The position numbers and the translations under genes are program-made. This document shows, piece after piece, positions 8,193-16,540 of a DNA stretch of 30,597 nucleotides. The DNA lies in NCBI GenBank assembly GCA_031408165.1, contig JANOJK010000540.1, positions 1 through 30,597 on the forward strand. The letters run 5' to 3'. Source of the DNA: Acidobacteriota bacterium (GTDB lineage Bacteria; Acidobacteriota; Vicinamibacteria; Vicinamibacterales; 2-12-FULL-66-21). Numbering within the stretch: position 1 is the stretch's first letter; each line of letters begins with the position of its first letter. The notes beneath the pieces are model-generated. The model had not been told where the DNA came from. It did no database searches and saw only the letters and a list, made by a program, of their open reading frames with translations.

Positions 8193-10520
8193 GTGCGAAT
8201 TTTCCACTTCGATGAAGTCGGTCGCAGGCCTGGGGCGTCTCTCGAGGGGCGCCGCATCCTGATGCGGGGCACCGTGCAGGGCGTCGGCTTCAGGCCGTGG
8301 GTCTACCGTGTGGCGCATGCCTCGTCCGTGACCGGACGCGTGCGCAACGACACGGCGGGCGTCACCATCGAAGCGTTCGGCTCGACGGGGGCCCTCGATG
8401 GGTTCGTCGAGCGACTGGCTCACGACGCCGCCCGCCCGGCCGCTGCCGTCGTCGAACACATGACCGCGGAGGCGATCGCGTTCGAGGACGCAAAGGATTT
8501 CTCGATCGTGCCGAGCACCACCGTCGCGGACCAGTGCGTGTCGATTCCCCCGGATCTGGCGACCTGCGCCGAATGCCTCGCGGAGATCCACGACCCGGCG
8601 GACCGGCGTTACCGCTATCCGTTCACCAACTGCACGAACTGCGGTCCGCGGGTCACGATCGTCCGCGCCGCGCCGTACGACCGGCCGGCGACGACGATGG
8701 CCGCGTTCGCAATGTGCGCCGAGTGCCGGCGCGAGTACCACGACGTGGCGGATCGGCGGTTTCACGCGCAGCCCAATGCCTGTCCCGCGTGCGGGCCGCG
8801 CCTGGATCTGCGAGACGCCGGCGGCGCGCCGCGCGAGAGCGCCGATCCGATCGCGGATGCTGCGCGCGCGCTGCGCGACGGGCTCGTCGTCGCGATCAAG
8901 GGCATCGGCGGCTTCCAGCTCGCGTGCGACGCCACGTCGGACGCCGCCGTGCAGCGGATGCGCGAACGGAAGCGCCGCGACGAGAAGCCCTTCGCGGTGA
9001 TGGTCCGGGACCTCGCCGGCGCGAGGGAGATCGCCGACCTCACCGCCCGGGAGGCGAGGCTGCTGCTCTCGGTCGAACGGCCCATCGTGCTCGTCGCGCG
9101 CCGGGAGGATTCCGGTCTCGCCCCGTCGATCGCGCCGCGCAACCCGCTCGTGGGGGTGCTCGCCGCGAACTCCCCGCTCCACGACCTCCTGCTCGCGGCG
9201 GCGGGCGTGCCTCTGGTGATGACGTCCGGCAACCTGTCTGAGGAGCCCATCGCGTGCGGCAACGAGGAAGCGCTGTCCCGACTGCGGGGGGTGGCCGACC
9301 TGTTCCTCCTTCACGATCGCGAGATCGTGACGCGGGCGGACGACTCGGTGGCGCGCGTCATCGCCCGGCGACCCGTCGTGTTCCGCCGCGCGCGCGGGTA
9401 CGTGCCGCGGGCGATCGCGGTGGCGAGGGCGTTCGACGTGCCGGTCCTCGCGTGCGGCGCGCAGCTCAAAAACACGTTCTGCTTCGGCCGCGGCCACGAG
9501 GCGGTGCTGGGCCCCCATATGGGGGATCTCGACCACGTGACCGTCTTCAGCGAGTACGAGGCGGCGATCGAGCGGCTGGCGCAGTTCCTTGACGTCACGC
9601 CCGCGATCGTTGCGCACGATCTCCATCCCGACTACATGTCGACCCGCTACGCGCTCAGCCGTCCCGGCGTCGTCACCATCGGCGTCCAGCACCACCATGC
9701 CCACGTCGCCAGCGTCATGGCGGAGCACGGCCTCACCGGCCACGTGCTGGGGCTCGCCTTCGACGGCACGGGATACGGAGCCGACGGGACGGCCTGGGGC
9801 GCCGAACTGCTCCTCGCGGACTATGCAGACTTCACGCGTCTGTCCACCTTCCGGCCGCTGCCGCTCGCCGGCGGCGACACGGCGATCCGGCAGCCCTGGC
9901 GCCTCGCGCTTGCGCTCGTGGACGACGCGTTCAAGGGGGAGGCGCCGCTCGACGGGTTTCCCGTGTTCCGGGACATCCCGCCCGCAGACATCGACGTGGT
10001 CACGCGAATGATCCGCCGCGGGTTCAACGCGCCGCGGTCGCACGGACTCGGCCGGTATTTCGACGCCTTCGGCGCACTGCTGCTCGACCGCCCCCGCGCG
10101 TCGTTCGACGGGCAGATCGCCCTCGAGCTGAACATGGCGGCCGATCCCGAAGAGAAACGCCGCTACGACTACGACATCGACCAGGCCTCCACCCCGTGGG
10201 AGGTCGACCTGCGGCCGGCCGTCCGCGCTGCGGTGTTCGAGTACCTCGGCGGTGAGACGGTGGCGCGCATTGCCGCGCGCATCCACAACACCCTGGCGGC
10301 GGCGAGCATCGACATGGTGCGCGCCGCGGCCCACGTGACGGGGCGGCTGCCGGTCGTGCTGTCGGGCGGGTGTTTCCAGAACGCGCGCCTTGCAGAATCG
10401 ATCGTCCGCGGCCTCGAGCCGGAAGTCCCCGTCCACCTGCACCAGCGCGTGCCGCCCGGCGACGGCGGGATTGCGCTCGGCCAGGCGGTTATCGCCGCTG
10501 CGAAGACAAGGAGCCTGTGA
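8193..10520 (+). CDS. hypF: Carbamoyltransferase HypF
   Basis: Acylphosphatase domain (GTVQGVGFRPWVY), two zinc fingers (CAEC..CTNCGPR; CAEC..CPACGP), YrdC-like domain (IKGIGGFQLACDA, LVMTSGN), Kae1-like HHHAH and GDGGIALGQ. The exact start (GTG 8193) is less certain. Confidence 0.97.
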   Translation: MRIFHFDEVGRRPGASLEGRRILMRGTVQGVGFRPWVYRVAHASSVTGRVRNDTAGVTIEAFGSTGALDGFVERLAHDAARPAAAVVEHMTAEAIAFEDAKDFSIVPSTTVADQCVSIPPDLATCAECLAEIHDPADRRYRYPFTNCTNCGPRVTIVRAAPYDRPATTMAAFAMCAECRREYHDVADRRFHAQPNACPACGPRLDLRDAGGAPRESADPIADAARALRDGLVVAIKGIGGFQLACDATSDAAVQRMRERKRRDEKPFAVMVRDLAGAREIADLTAREARLLLSVERPIVLVARREDSGLAPSIAPRNPLVGVLAANSPLHDLLLAAAGVPLVMTSGNLSEEPIACGNEEALSRLRGVADLFLLHDREIVTRADDSVARVIARRPVVFRRARGYVPRAIAVARAFDVPVLACGAQLKNTFCFGRGHEAVLGPHMGDLDHVTVFSEYEAAIERLAQFLDVTPAIVAHDLHPDYMSTRYALSRPGVVTIGVQHHHAHVASVMAEHGLTGHVLGLAFDGTGYGADGTAWGAELLLADYADFTRLSTFRPLPLAGGDTAIRQPWRLALALVDDAFKGEAPLDGFPVFRDIPPADIDVVTRMIRRGFNAPRSHGLGRYFDAFGALLLDRPRASFDGQIALELNMAADPEEKRRYDYDIDQASTPWEVDLRPAVRAAVFEYLGGETVARIAARIHNTLAAASIDMVRAAAHVTGRLPVVLSGGCFQNARLAESIVRGLEPEVPVHLHQRVPPGDGGIALGQAVIAAAKTRSL

Positions 10521-10822
10521 TGTGCTTGGGTGTACCGGGACGGGTGGTCGAGGTGCTGGAGAACATCGCGCTCGTCGATTTCTTCGGCGTGTGCCGGCAC
10601 GTGCGTCTCGAGCTGGTCGATCAGCCGGTCGCGCCGGGTGACTACATCCTGAATCACGTGGGGTTCGCGCTGCGCAAGATTCCCGCCGAGGACGTCGAGG
10701 GCACGCTCGCCATGTACGAGCGGCTGCTCAGCGAGGCGGACGACGACCTGATGGCCGCCGATGTGCGCGGAGAAATCGCGGCCGCCGCAGCCGCCGGCAC
10801 GAAGGGCGGATCCCATGACTGA
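10520..10822 (+). CDS. hypC: Hydrogenase maturation chaperone HypC (100 aa)
   Basis: Start corrected to ATG 10520, overlapping the hypF TGA. MCLGVPGRV N-terminal Cys motif and GDYILNHVGFAL. Confidence 0.95.
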   Translation: MCLGVPGRVVEVLENIALVDFFGVCRHVRLELVDQPVAPGDYILNHVGFALRKIPAEDVEGTLAMYERLLSEADDDLMAADVRGEIAAAAAAGTKGGSHD

Positions 10823-11957
10823 TCGGGCCGCGCGTGAACTGAAGTTCCGCGATCCGGCGCGCGCGGCGGGGCTGGCGGCCGCCCTGGCGAAGGCGGTTGG
10901 AGAGATCGACCACGCGCCCGTGTCGGTGATGCACGTGTGCGGGAGCCACGAGCAGGCGATCGCCCGCTTCGGGCTGCGCTCGATGTTTCCTCCGAACCTG
11001 CACGTCATCATGGGACCCGGGTGCCCGGTCTGCATCACCGACCAGCCGGAGGTCGACGAAGCGGTGGCCCTCGCGCGGCAAGGCGTGCGCGTCGCCACCT
11101 ACGGCGACATGGTCCGCGTGCCGGGCAGCTCGGCGTCGCTCGCCGACGCGCAAGCCGAAGGCGCGCAGGTCGACGTGGTCTACAGCATCGATCAGGCCAT
11201 CGCCATCGCGCGGGGATCGGAGGCGCCGGTCGTGTTCTTTGCCACCGGTTTCGAAACCACCGCGGTGGCGACCGCCGCCGCGATCCTGGCCGGCGTGCCG
11301 TCGAATTTCTTCGTCCTCTCGGCGCACAAGTACATCCCGCCCGCGATGGAGATCGTCGCCGGAATGCCGGACTCCCGCATCGAGGGGTTCGTGGCGGCGG
11401 GCCACGCCGCCATCATCACGGGCTCGGCGGTGTTCGAGGATTTCGCGGTGCGTCACCGCGTGCCGGTGGTGGTCGCCGGGTTCGAGCCGCTGGACATCCT
11501 CGCGGCGCTCGTGCGCCTCGCCGAGCTGATCCGCGATCGGCAGTGCACCGTCGAGAACATGTTTCCGCGCTGCGTCACCCGCAAGGGCAATCTCACCGCG
11601 CAGTCGCAGCTCTGGCGGGTCTTCGCCCCGATCGGCGGCCAGTGGCGCGGCATCGCCCTGATTCCCGACGGCAACCTCCGGCTGCGCGACGAATGGGCGC
11701 ATCTCGACGCGCGGCGCCGCTTCGCGATCGATCTGACCGGCGTCGGAGACCAGCCCCCTTCAGCGCTCGCGCTGCAATGTGTGTGCGGCGACATCATGAC
11801 CGGCTTGAAATCCCCGTCCGACTGCCCCCTGTTTGGCGGCGAGTGCGTGCCGGAGACGCCCGTGGGGGCGTGCATGGTCAGCACCGAAGGCACGTGCCGC
11901 ATCTGGCACGAATACGGTGTGTCGGATCCCTTGGCCCTCGTCGGGAGAACGTCATGA
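10815..11957 (+). CDS. hypD: Hydrogenase maturation protein HypD (380 aa)
   Basis: Start corrected to ATG 10815. HVCGSHE, GPGCPVC, GFETT, and the C-terminal Fe-S cysteines CGDIMTG..CPLFGGEC..VGACMVSTEGTC. Confidence 0.97.
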   Translation: MTDRAARELKFRDPARAAGLAAALAKAVGEIDHAPVSVMHVCGSHEQAIARFGLRSMFPPNLHVIMGPGCPVCITDQPEVDEAVALARQGVRVATYGDMVRVPGSSASLADAQAEGAQVDVVYSIDQAIAIARGSEAPVVFFATGFETTAVATAAAILAGVPSNFFVLSAHKYIPPAMEIVAGMPDSRIEGFVAAGHAAIITGSAVFEDFAVRHRVPVVVAGFEPLDILAALVRLAELIRDRQCTVENMFPRCVTRKGNLTAQSQLWRVFAPIGGQWRGIALIPDGNLRLRDEWAHLDARRRFAIDLTGVGDQPPSALALQCVCGDIMTGLKSPSDCPLFGGECVPETPVGACMVSTEGTCRIWHEYGVSDPLALVGRTS

Positions 11958-12970
11958 CTGTTGCGACTCTCAACCAGCACGTCGCCATGAAGCACGGGTC
12001 TGGCGGGCGCGCGATGCGCCGGCTCATCGAGCAGGTCTTCCTGCACGACGCGAATCCCACGGCGGCCGCGATGGACGACGGCGCGGCGATTCCGATCGAC
12101 GGCGGCTGGCTCGTGATCACCACCGATTCCCACGTGATCCATCCCATCGTCTTTCCCGGCGGGGACATCGGCCGGCTGGCGGTCGCCGGCACGGTCAACG
12201 ACCTCGCGATGATGGGCGCCACCGAACCGCTCGGCCTCACCTGCGGCATGATCCTCGAGGAAGGTTTTCCGATCGAAGAGCTCGCGCGGCTGCACCAGTC
12301 GATGCTGTCCGCGTGCGAGGAGGCGGGGACGACGATCGTGGCCGGGGATACGAAGGTGATGCGGCGGGGGGAGCTGGACGGGATCGTCATCAATACCACC
12401 GGCGTCGGCATGGCGCGGCAGGTCGTCCGGGACGCCGGACTGCAGCCCGGCGACCGCATCATCGTCACCGGCACGATCGGCGATCACGGCATGGCGGTCA
12501 TGGCCGTGCGCCATCAGTTCGTGTTCGGCGAAACGCTGTGCTCGGACGTCGCGCCGCTGAACACGCTCATCCGCCGCGCGCTCGTGGCCGGCGACGGGGG
12601 CATCAGCGCGATGAAGGATCCCACGCGCGGCGGCGTGGCGAGCGCGCTGCACGAGATGGCCGCGAAATCGAAGGTGGGCATCGTGCTCGACGAACCGTCC
12701 GTGCCGGTCCGGGTGACGGTCCGCGCGGCCGCGGAACTGCTCGGCATCGATCCGCTGTTCATCGCCAACGAAGGGAAGGCGCTCATCGGCGTGCGGCCGT
12801 CGTCGGTGGACGCGGTCCTCGCCGCGCTGCGCGCCCATCCCTATGGCGTGGACGCCGCCGTCATCGGCGTGTGCGTCGCTGACCGACCGGGCTCGGTCCT
12901 GGTCGACACCGGTTTCGGCCGCCGTCACCTGTCGGAACCGGACGGCGAGCTGCTCCCGCGCATCTGTTGA
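11954..12970 (+). CDS. hypE: Carbamoyl dehydratase HypE (338 aa)
   Basis: Start ATG 11954 (ATGA overlap with hypD). HGSGG, TTDSHVIHPIVFPGGDIGRLAVAGTVNDLAM, MKDPTRGG, ANEGK and the C-terminal LPRIC. Confidence 0.97.
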   Translation: MTVATLNQHVAMKHGSGGRAMRRLIEQVFLHDANPTAAAMDDGAAIPIDGGWLVITTDSHVIHPIVFPGGDIGRLAVAGTVNDLAMMGATEPLGLTCGMILEEGFPIEELARLHQSMLSACEEAGTTIVAGDTKVMRRGELDGIVINTTGVGMARQVVRDAGLQPGDRIIVTGTIGDHGMAVMAVRHQFVFGETLCSDVAPLNTLIRRALVAGDGGISAMKDPTRGGVASALHEMAAKSKVGIVLDEPSVPVRVTVRAAAELLGIDPLFIANEGKALIGVRPSSVDAVLAALRAHPYGVDAAVIGVCVADRPGSVLVDTGFGRRHLSEPDGELLPRIC

Positions 12971-12985
12971 TCGCGAGGGACCGTC

Positions 12986-13327
12986 ATGCACGAGTACTGC
13001 ATCGTCCAGGCGCTCTACGACAGCGTGCTCGCGCAGGCGGAGGCGCGCCACGCCCTGAGCGTGCAGGGGGTGCACGTGCGCATCGGCGAGCTCTCGGGCG
13101 TCGATCCCGGGCTGCTCGCCACGGCATGGTGCCTGTTCCGGGTGCACACGATCTGCGACCGCGCGCCCATCGACGTCGAGGTCGTGCCCGCACGGTGGGA
13201 ATGCACGGCATGCGGCGCCACAGTGACCCGCGGCAGCATCCTGCGATGCCCGGCCTGCGGCGGGCGCGTGCATCTCGCCGAGGGGGACGAAATCGTGCTC
13301 AACCGCATTGTGATGGAGGTGGCGTGA
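12986..13327 (+). CDS. hypA: Nickel metallochaperone HypA
   Basis: N-terminal MHE, IGELSGV, and two CxxC motifs (CTAC, CPAC). Confidence 0.95.
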   Translation: MHEYCIVQALYDSVLAQAEARHALSVQGVHVRIGELSGVDPGLLATAWCLFRVHTICDRAPIDVEVVPARWECTACGATVTRGSILRCPACGGRVHLAEGDEIVLNRIVMEVA

Positions 13328-14058
13328 TGTGTGACTCATGCGGATGCGGTGACACGACACTGGTGCCGATCGAGGTGCAGCACCGGATTCTGTCCGAGAA
13401 CGAGCGGACGGCGGCGCACAACCGCCACCATTTCCTCGAGCGGGGGCTGCTGGCCGTCAACGTGATGGGATCCCCCGGCGCGGGCAAGACGGCGATTCTG
13501 GAAGCGACGGCGCGCGCGCTCGACGGGCGCCGCCTCCTCGGCGCGCTCGCCGGCGACCTCGCGACGGACAACGACGCCCGCCGCCTCGGCGCCGCGGGCA
13601 TCCGCGCGGAGTCGATCACCACCGGTTCGGCGTGCCACCTCGATGCCGCCATGGTGCACCGCGCGCTGCATCACCTGCCATGGACCGATCTCGAGTACCT
13701 CTTCATCGAGAACGTCGGCAATCTCGTGTGTCCAGCCGTCTACGACCTCGGGCAGGCCGCCAATGTCGTCGTGCTCGCGGTGACGGAGGGGGAAGACAAG
13801 CCGCTCAAGTACCCCGTCATGTTCCACAAGGCCGATCTCGTGCTGATCTCGAAGATCGACCTGCTCCCGCACCTCCCCGACATCAGCGTCGGCCGGATCG
13901 TGGACGCCCTCCGGCACGTGATGCCGGACCCGCAGTATCTCGCGGTCTCGGGGCGCACCGGGCAGGGCATCGACGCCTGGGTGACGTGGCTCCACGAGCA
14001 GGAGCGCCGCGTGGCGCCGGGGCAGCGCGCCGGCGCGCCGGCGCACACGCATGTCTGA
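13327..14058 (+). CDS. hypB: Nickel-insertion GTPase HypB (243 aa)
   Basis: Start ATG 13327, overlapping the hypA TGA. N-terminal CxxCGC (MCDSCGC), P-loop GSPGAGKT, ACHLDA, ENVGNLVCP, EGEDKPLKYP, SKIDLL. Confidence 0.97.
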   Translation: MCDSCGCGDTTLVPIEVQHRILSENERTAAHNRHHFLERGLLAVNVMGSPGAGKTAILEATARALDGRRLLGALAGDLATDNDARRLGAAGIRAESITTGSACHLDAAMVHRALHHLPWTDLEYLFIENVGNLVCPAVYDLGQAANVVVLAVTEGEDKPLKYPVMFHKADLVLISKIDLLPHLPDISVGRIVDALRHVMPDPQYLAVSGRTGQGIDAWVTWLHEQERRVAPGQRAGAPAHTHV

Positions 14059-14701
14059 GTCGCTGACCGGCGTCCTCGCCCTCGCGGCGGTCATCGTCGG
14101 CTCGCTGCACACGCTCGCGCCGGACCACTGGGTGCCGTTTGTGGCGCTGTCCCGCGCGCAGGGCTGGTCCCGACGGCGCGCGATCGGGATCACCTCGCTC
14201 TGCGGCTTCGGTCACGTGACGGTCTCGGTCCTGCTGGGGGTGCTTGCCCTGGTGTTCGGCGTCGAGCTGCTCGACCTCGTGGGCCGGCGCATGGCGGCGG
14301 TCGCCGGCGTCCTCCTGATCGGCTTCGGCGTCGTCTACGCGGCACTCGCGGTGCGCCGCCTGGCGGGGGAGCGCTTCCACGGGCATCACCATCGCCACTA
14401 CGATCACGTGCACGAGCCGTCGACGATGACGCCGTGGGCGCTGTTCCTGCTGTACTCCGCCGATCCCTGCGTCGCGCTGATTCCAATCCTGTTTGCCGCC
14501 GTGCCGCTCGGCATCGCGCGGACGGCGTTCATCGTCTGTGCCTACGAGGTGGCGACCATCGGGACGATGGTCGCGCTCGTGGTGCCCGCGACGGCCGCGG
14601 TGAAACGCGTCCGTCTCCCGTGGGCCGCGCGCTACGGCGATGCGGCCGCCGGCGCGGTCATCGCATCGGTGGGTGTGCTGGTCGTCATCCTCGGCTGGTA
14701 G
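14051..14701 (+). CDS. His-containing Ni/Co membrane transporter (UreH/RcnA/NicO-like); direction of transport unknown
   Basis: About 6 hydrophobic helices, TM1 motif HTLAPDHW (HAxxPDH-like), His-rich loop FHGHHHRHYDHVHE, and a PC motif (ADPCVALIP). Last gene of the hyp operon, overlapping hypB. Confidence 0.75.
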   Translation: MSESLTGVLALAAVIVGSLHTLAPDHWVPFVALSRAQGWSRRRAIGITSLCGFGHVTVSVLLGVLALVFGVELLDLVGRRMAAVAGVLLIGFGVVYAALAVRRLAGERFHGHHHRHYDHVHEPSTMTPWALFLLYSADPCVALIPILFAAVPLGIARTAFIVCAYEVATIGTMVALVVPATAAVKRVRLPWAARYGDAAAGAVIASVGVLVVILGW

Positions 14702-14815
14702 GGGAGAAGTTCGTACGAAGCGTTTCCGCTGTCGAGCGCCGATACCGCGCCAGTGGCCATGTCGCGCAGCCTGGATGCCGCTGCCGGCCTTGTCCTGGAC
14801 TCAGGATCGCGGCGA

Positions 14816-16420
14816 TCAGCCCGGCGGTTTGCCTGATACCCCAGCGTCCGGCAGGGACGATGGAGATTCCGGAGCGTTTCGCCACGCGTCGCCTGCTGGT
14901 TCCGGCTCCCGCTTGGAGCCGCGCATCGACAGTTCCTCGAAGGTTTCCTGCGCCTGGTCGCAGCCGAACCGCAGCGTCATCGTCAGGTAGTCGAGAATCT
15001 GCTGGCGCATGCCCTCAGAGGCCGGATCGCGCCTGAGGATGCGCATGCAGATCAGGTTGAGCAACTCCACGGCCCCGCAGAATTCCTCGGCCTCGAATCC
15101 CTCTTCGAATCGGCGCGCCGCGAGATCGCGGCAGTAGCTCGTGAACACCGACTTGTCGCCGGTGCGGACGGCGTTGAACAGCTGCCGCACGATCAGCCGG
15201 TGGTTCCAGTCGTGCTCCGCGGCGGCCAGGCCCTGGTAGTTTGGAAACCGCTCCTGATGGTCGGGCCCGACGAGCGCGGCGTGAAACGCGGTGAGGATCT
15301 CCGGCTCGTGCTGCTGGAGGAGCCAGTAGATCTTCAGGTAGTCCGAGATCCACACCGCCTTCATCGCCGCCTGGTTCCGCGCGATCCACTCGTGCGGATC
15401 GGTTTTCAGGTTCTCGACGAGAAACGGGACGCGCCGGAGCAGTTCCAGGCGGGGACGGGGGCTCCAGCCGAGAAGCCGCCGGGTCACCGAGGAGTCCACC
15501 CGCATCTCCCGATCGATGTAGTGCGCCATCCAGGGCCGCTCGAACGGGCGCTGTCCGGTCACGCGCCCGAGCGCGTCGAGCACCCGGATCCCGCCCCGGC
15601 ACAGCGCCTTGGGCACGTAGCGGGGCTCGCGGCGCTTGCCGTGATAGGCGAGCGTGGCCGTGCCGAACAGCTCCCGGTGTGAGACGGCGCCGTCGCTGCT
15701 GGCGATCAGCACTTCTCCCGGCGTGAGATCGCTTTCGCGTTCGAGGACCCGGCGCAGGAACGCGACCGCGTCGTGCACGTGGAGGTACGGCATGGCCGTC
15801 AGCCCCCGGCCGGCAACCACCTGGGCGTTCCAGAGCGACGACAACCACGTGTTCAGCTGCACGAAGAGCGGCGGGTATTCGCACCAGTCGGAGAACAGGG
15901 CCGCCAGCCGCACGACTGCGCTCGGAAACGCCTGCTGGTACTCGTTCAGCATGGCCTCGCCGAGGCACTTCGTGCGCGCGTAGACGTGCTGGCCGTCGGG
16001 CGGGCTCGACTCGGTCAGCGCGCGTCCGCCCGACGGGAATCTGCAGGCGGCCAGCGAGCTGGCGAAGATGAAGCGGCGCAGCGGCATGCCCGCGCAGAGG
16101 TCGAGCACGTTGCGCAGCCCGTGGACGTTGGTGCGCGTGTACTCCGGATGATCGAGGCCCGTGAAGTCGTAGTACGCGGCGAGATGCACGACATAGTCGG
16201 CGCCGCCGGTCTCGGCGATGGTGCGGAACGCGGCCTCCACCTGCGGGCGCTCGCCGATGTCCGCCTCCAGCCACGTGATGTTGGGGTCCTCCGGCACGCC
16301 GGCGCGGCGTTGCGATCGGCGCGCGATGCCGACGATCCGGTGGTCCCCCTTCAGCTGCTCCAGCAGGTGGCGCCCGACGAATCCGGACGCACCCGTGACG
16401 ATCACCCGCGGTAATGCCAT
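14816..16420 (-). CDS. Extended SDR (NAD-dependent epimerase/dehydratase) with an extra C-terminal helical domain, 534 aa
   Basis: Start corrected to ATG 16420. TGASGFVG Rossmann motif, HLAAYYD, FASS, catalytic YARTK. About 150 extra helical residues follow the SDR fold. Confidence 0.85.
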   Translation of the reverse strand: MALPRVIVTGASGFVGRHLLEQLKGDHRIVGIARRSQRRAGVPEDPNITWLEADIGERPQVEAAFRTIAETGGADYVVHLAAYYDFTGLDHPEYTRTNVHGLRNVLDLCAGMPLRRFIFASSLAACRFPSGGRALTESSPPDGQHVYARTKCLGEAMLNEYQQAFPSAVVRLAALFSDWCEYPPLFVQLNTWLSSLWNAQVVAGRGLTAMPYLHVHDAVAFLRRVLERESDLTPGEVLIASSDGAVSHRELFGTATLAYHGKRREPRYVPKALCRGGIRVLDALGRVTGQRPFERPWMAHYIDREMRVDSSVTRRLLGWSPRPRLELLRRVPFLVENLKTDPHEWIARNQAAMKAVWISDYLKIYWLLQQHEPEILTAFHAALVGPDHQERFPNYQGLAAAEHDWNHRLIVRQLFNAVRTGDKSVFTSYCRDLAARRFEEGFEAEEFCGAVELLNLICMRILRRDPASEGMRQQILDYLTMTLRFGCDQAQETFEELSMRGSKREPEPAGDAWRNAPESPSSLPDAGVSGKPPG

Positions 16421-16433
16421 CGGCCACCATGTG

Positions 16434-16449
16434 TGCAAGGCCCGTGCTG
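16434..16449 (-). promoter_or_regulatory. Degenerate sigma54-like promoter facing the SDR gene
   Basis: The minus strand reads CAGCAC-GGGCC-TTGCA. The -12 box and spacing are correct and it resembles the hypF promoter, but it has AG in place of the normally invariant GG. Confidence 0.3.
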
Positions 16450-16470
16450 ACCCCGCTGGCCCGGGCCTGC

Positions 16471-16480
16471 CGGAAATCCG
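16471..16480. promoter_or_regulatory. Palindromic motif CGG-RAAY-CCG, copy 3
   Basis: CGGAAATCCG within the perfect 6-bp-arm inverted repeat TGCCGG-AAAT-CCGGCA (16468-16483), between the divergent SDR and radical SAM genes. Confidence 0.5.
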
Positions 16481-16512
16481 GCATCCCTCTCGGGACGACC
16501 CGTTTTTACACC

Positions 16513-16528
16513 CGGCATCCCCCTTGCG
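16513..16528 (+). promoter_or_regulatory. Sigma54 -24/-12 promoter for the radical SAM / cytochrome operon
   Basis: CGGCAT-CCCCC-TTGCG with GG-N10-GC spacing. It matches the BON promoter at 14 of 16 positions. Confidence 0.7.
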
Positions 16529-16540
16529 ACGAATGCGCAT

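Noticed and set aside
14702-14815. Palindrome TTCGTACGAA and hairpin TCCTG-GACT-CAGGA between convergent genes
   Set aside because: Short and isolated, with no terminator features. Compatible with chance.
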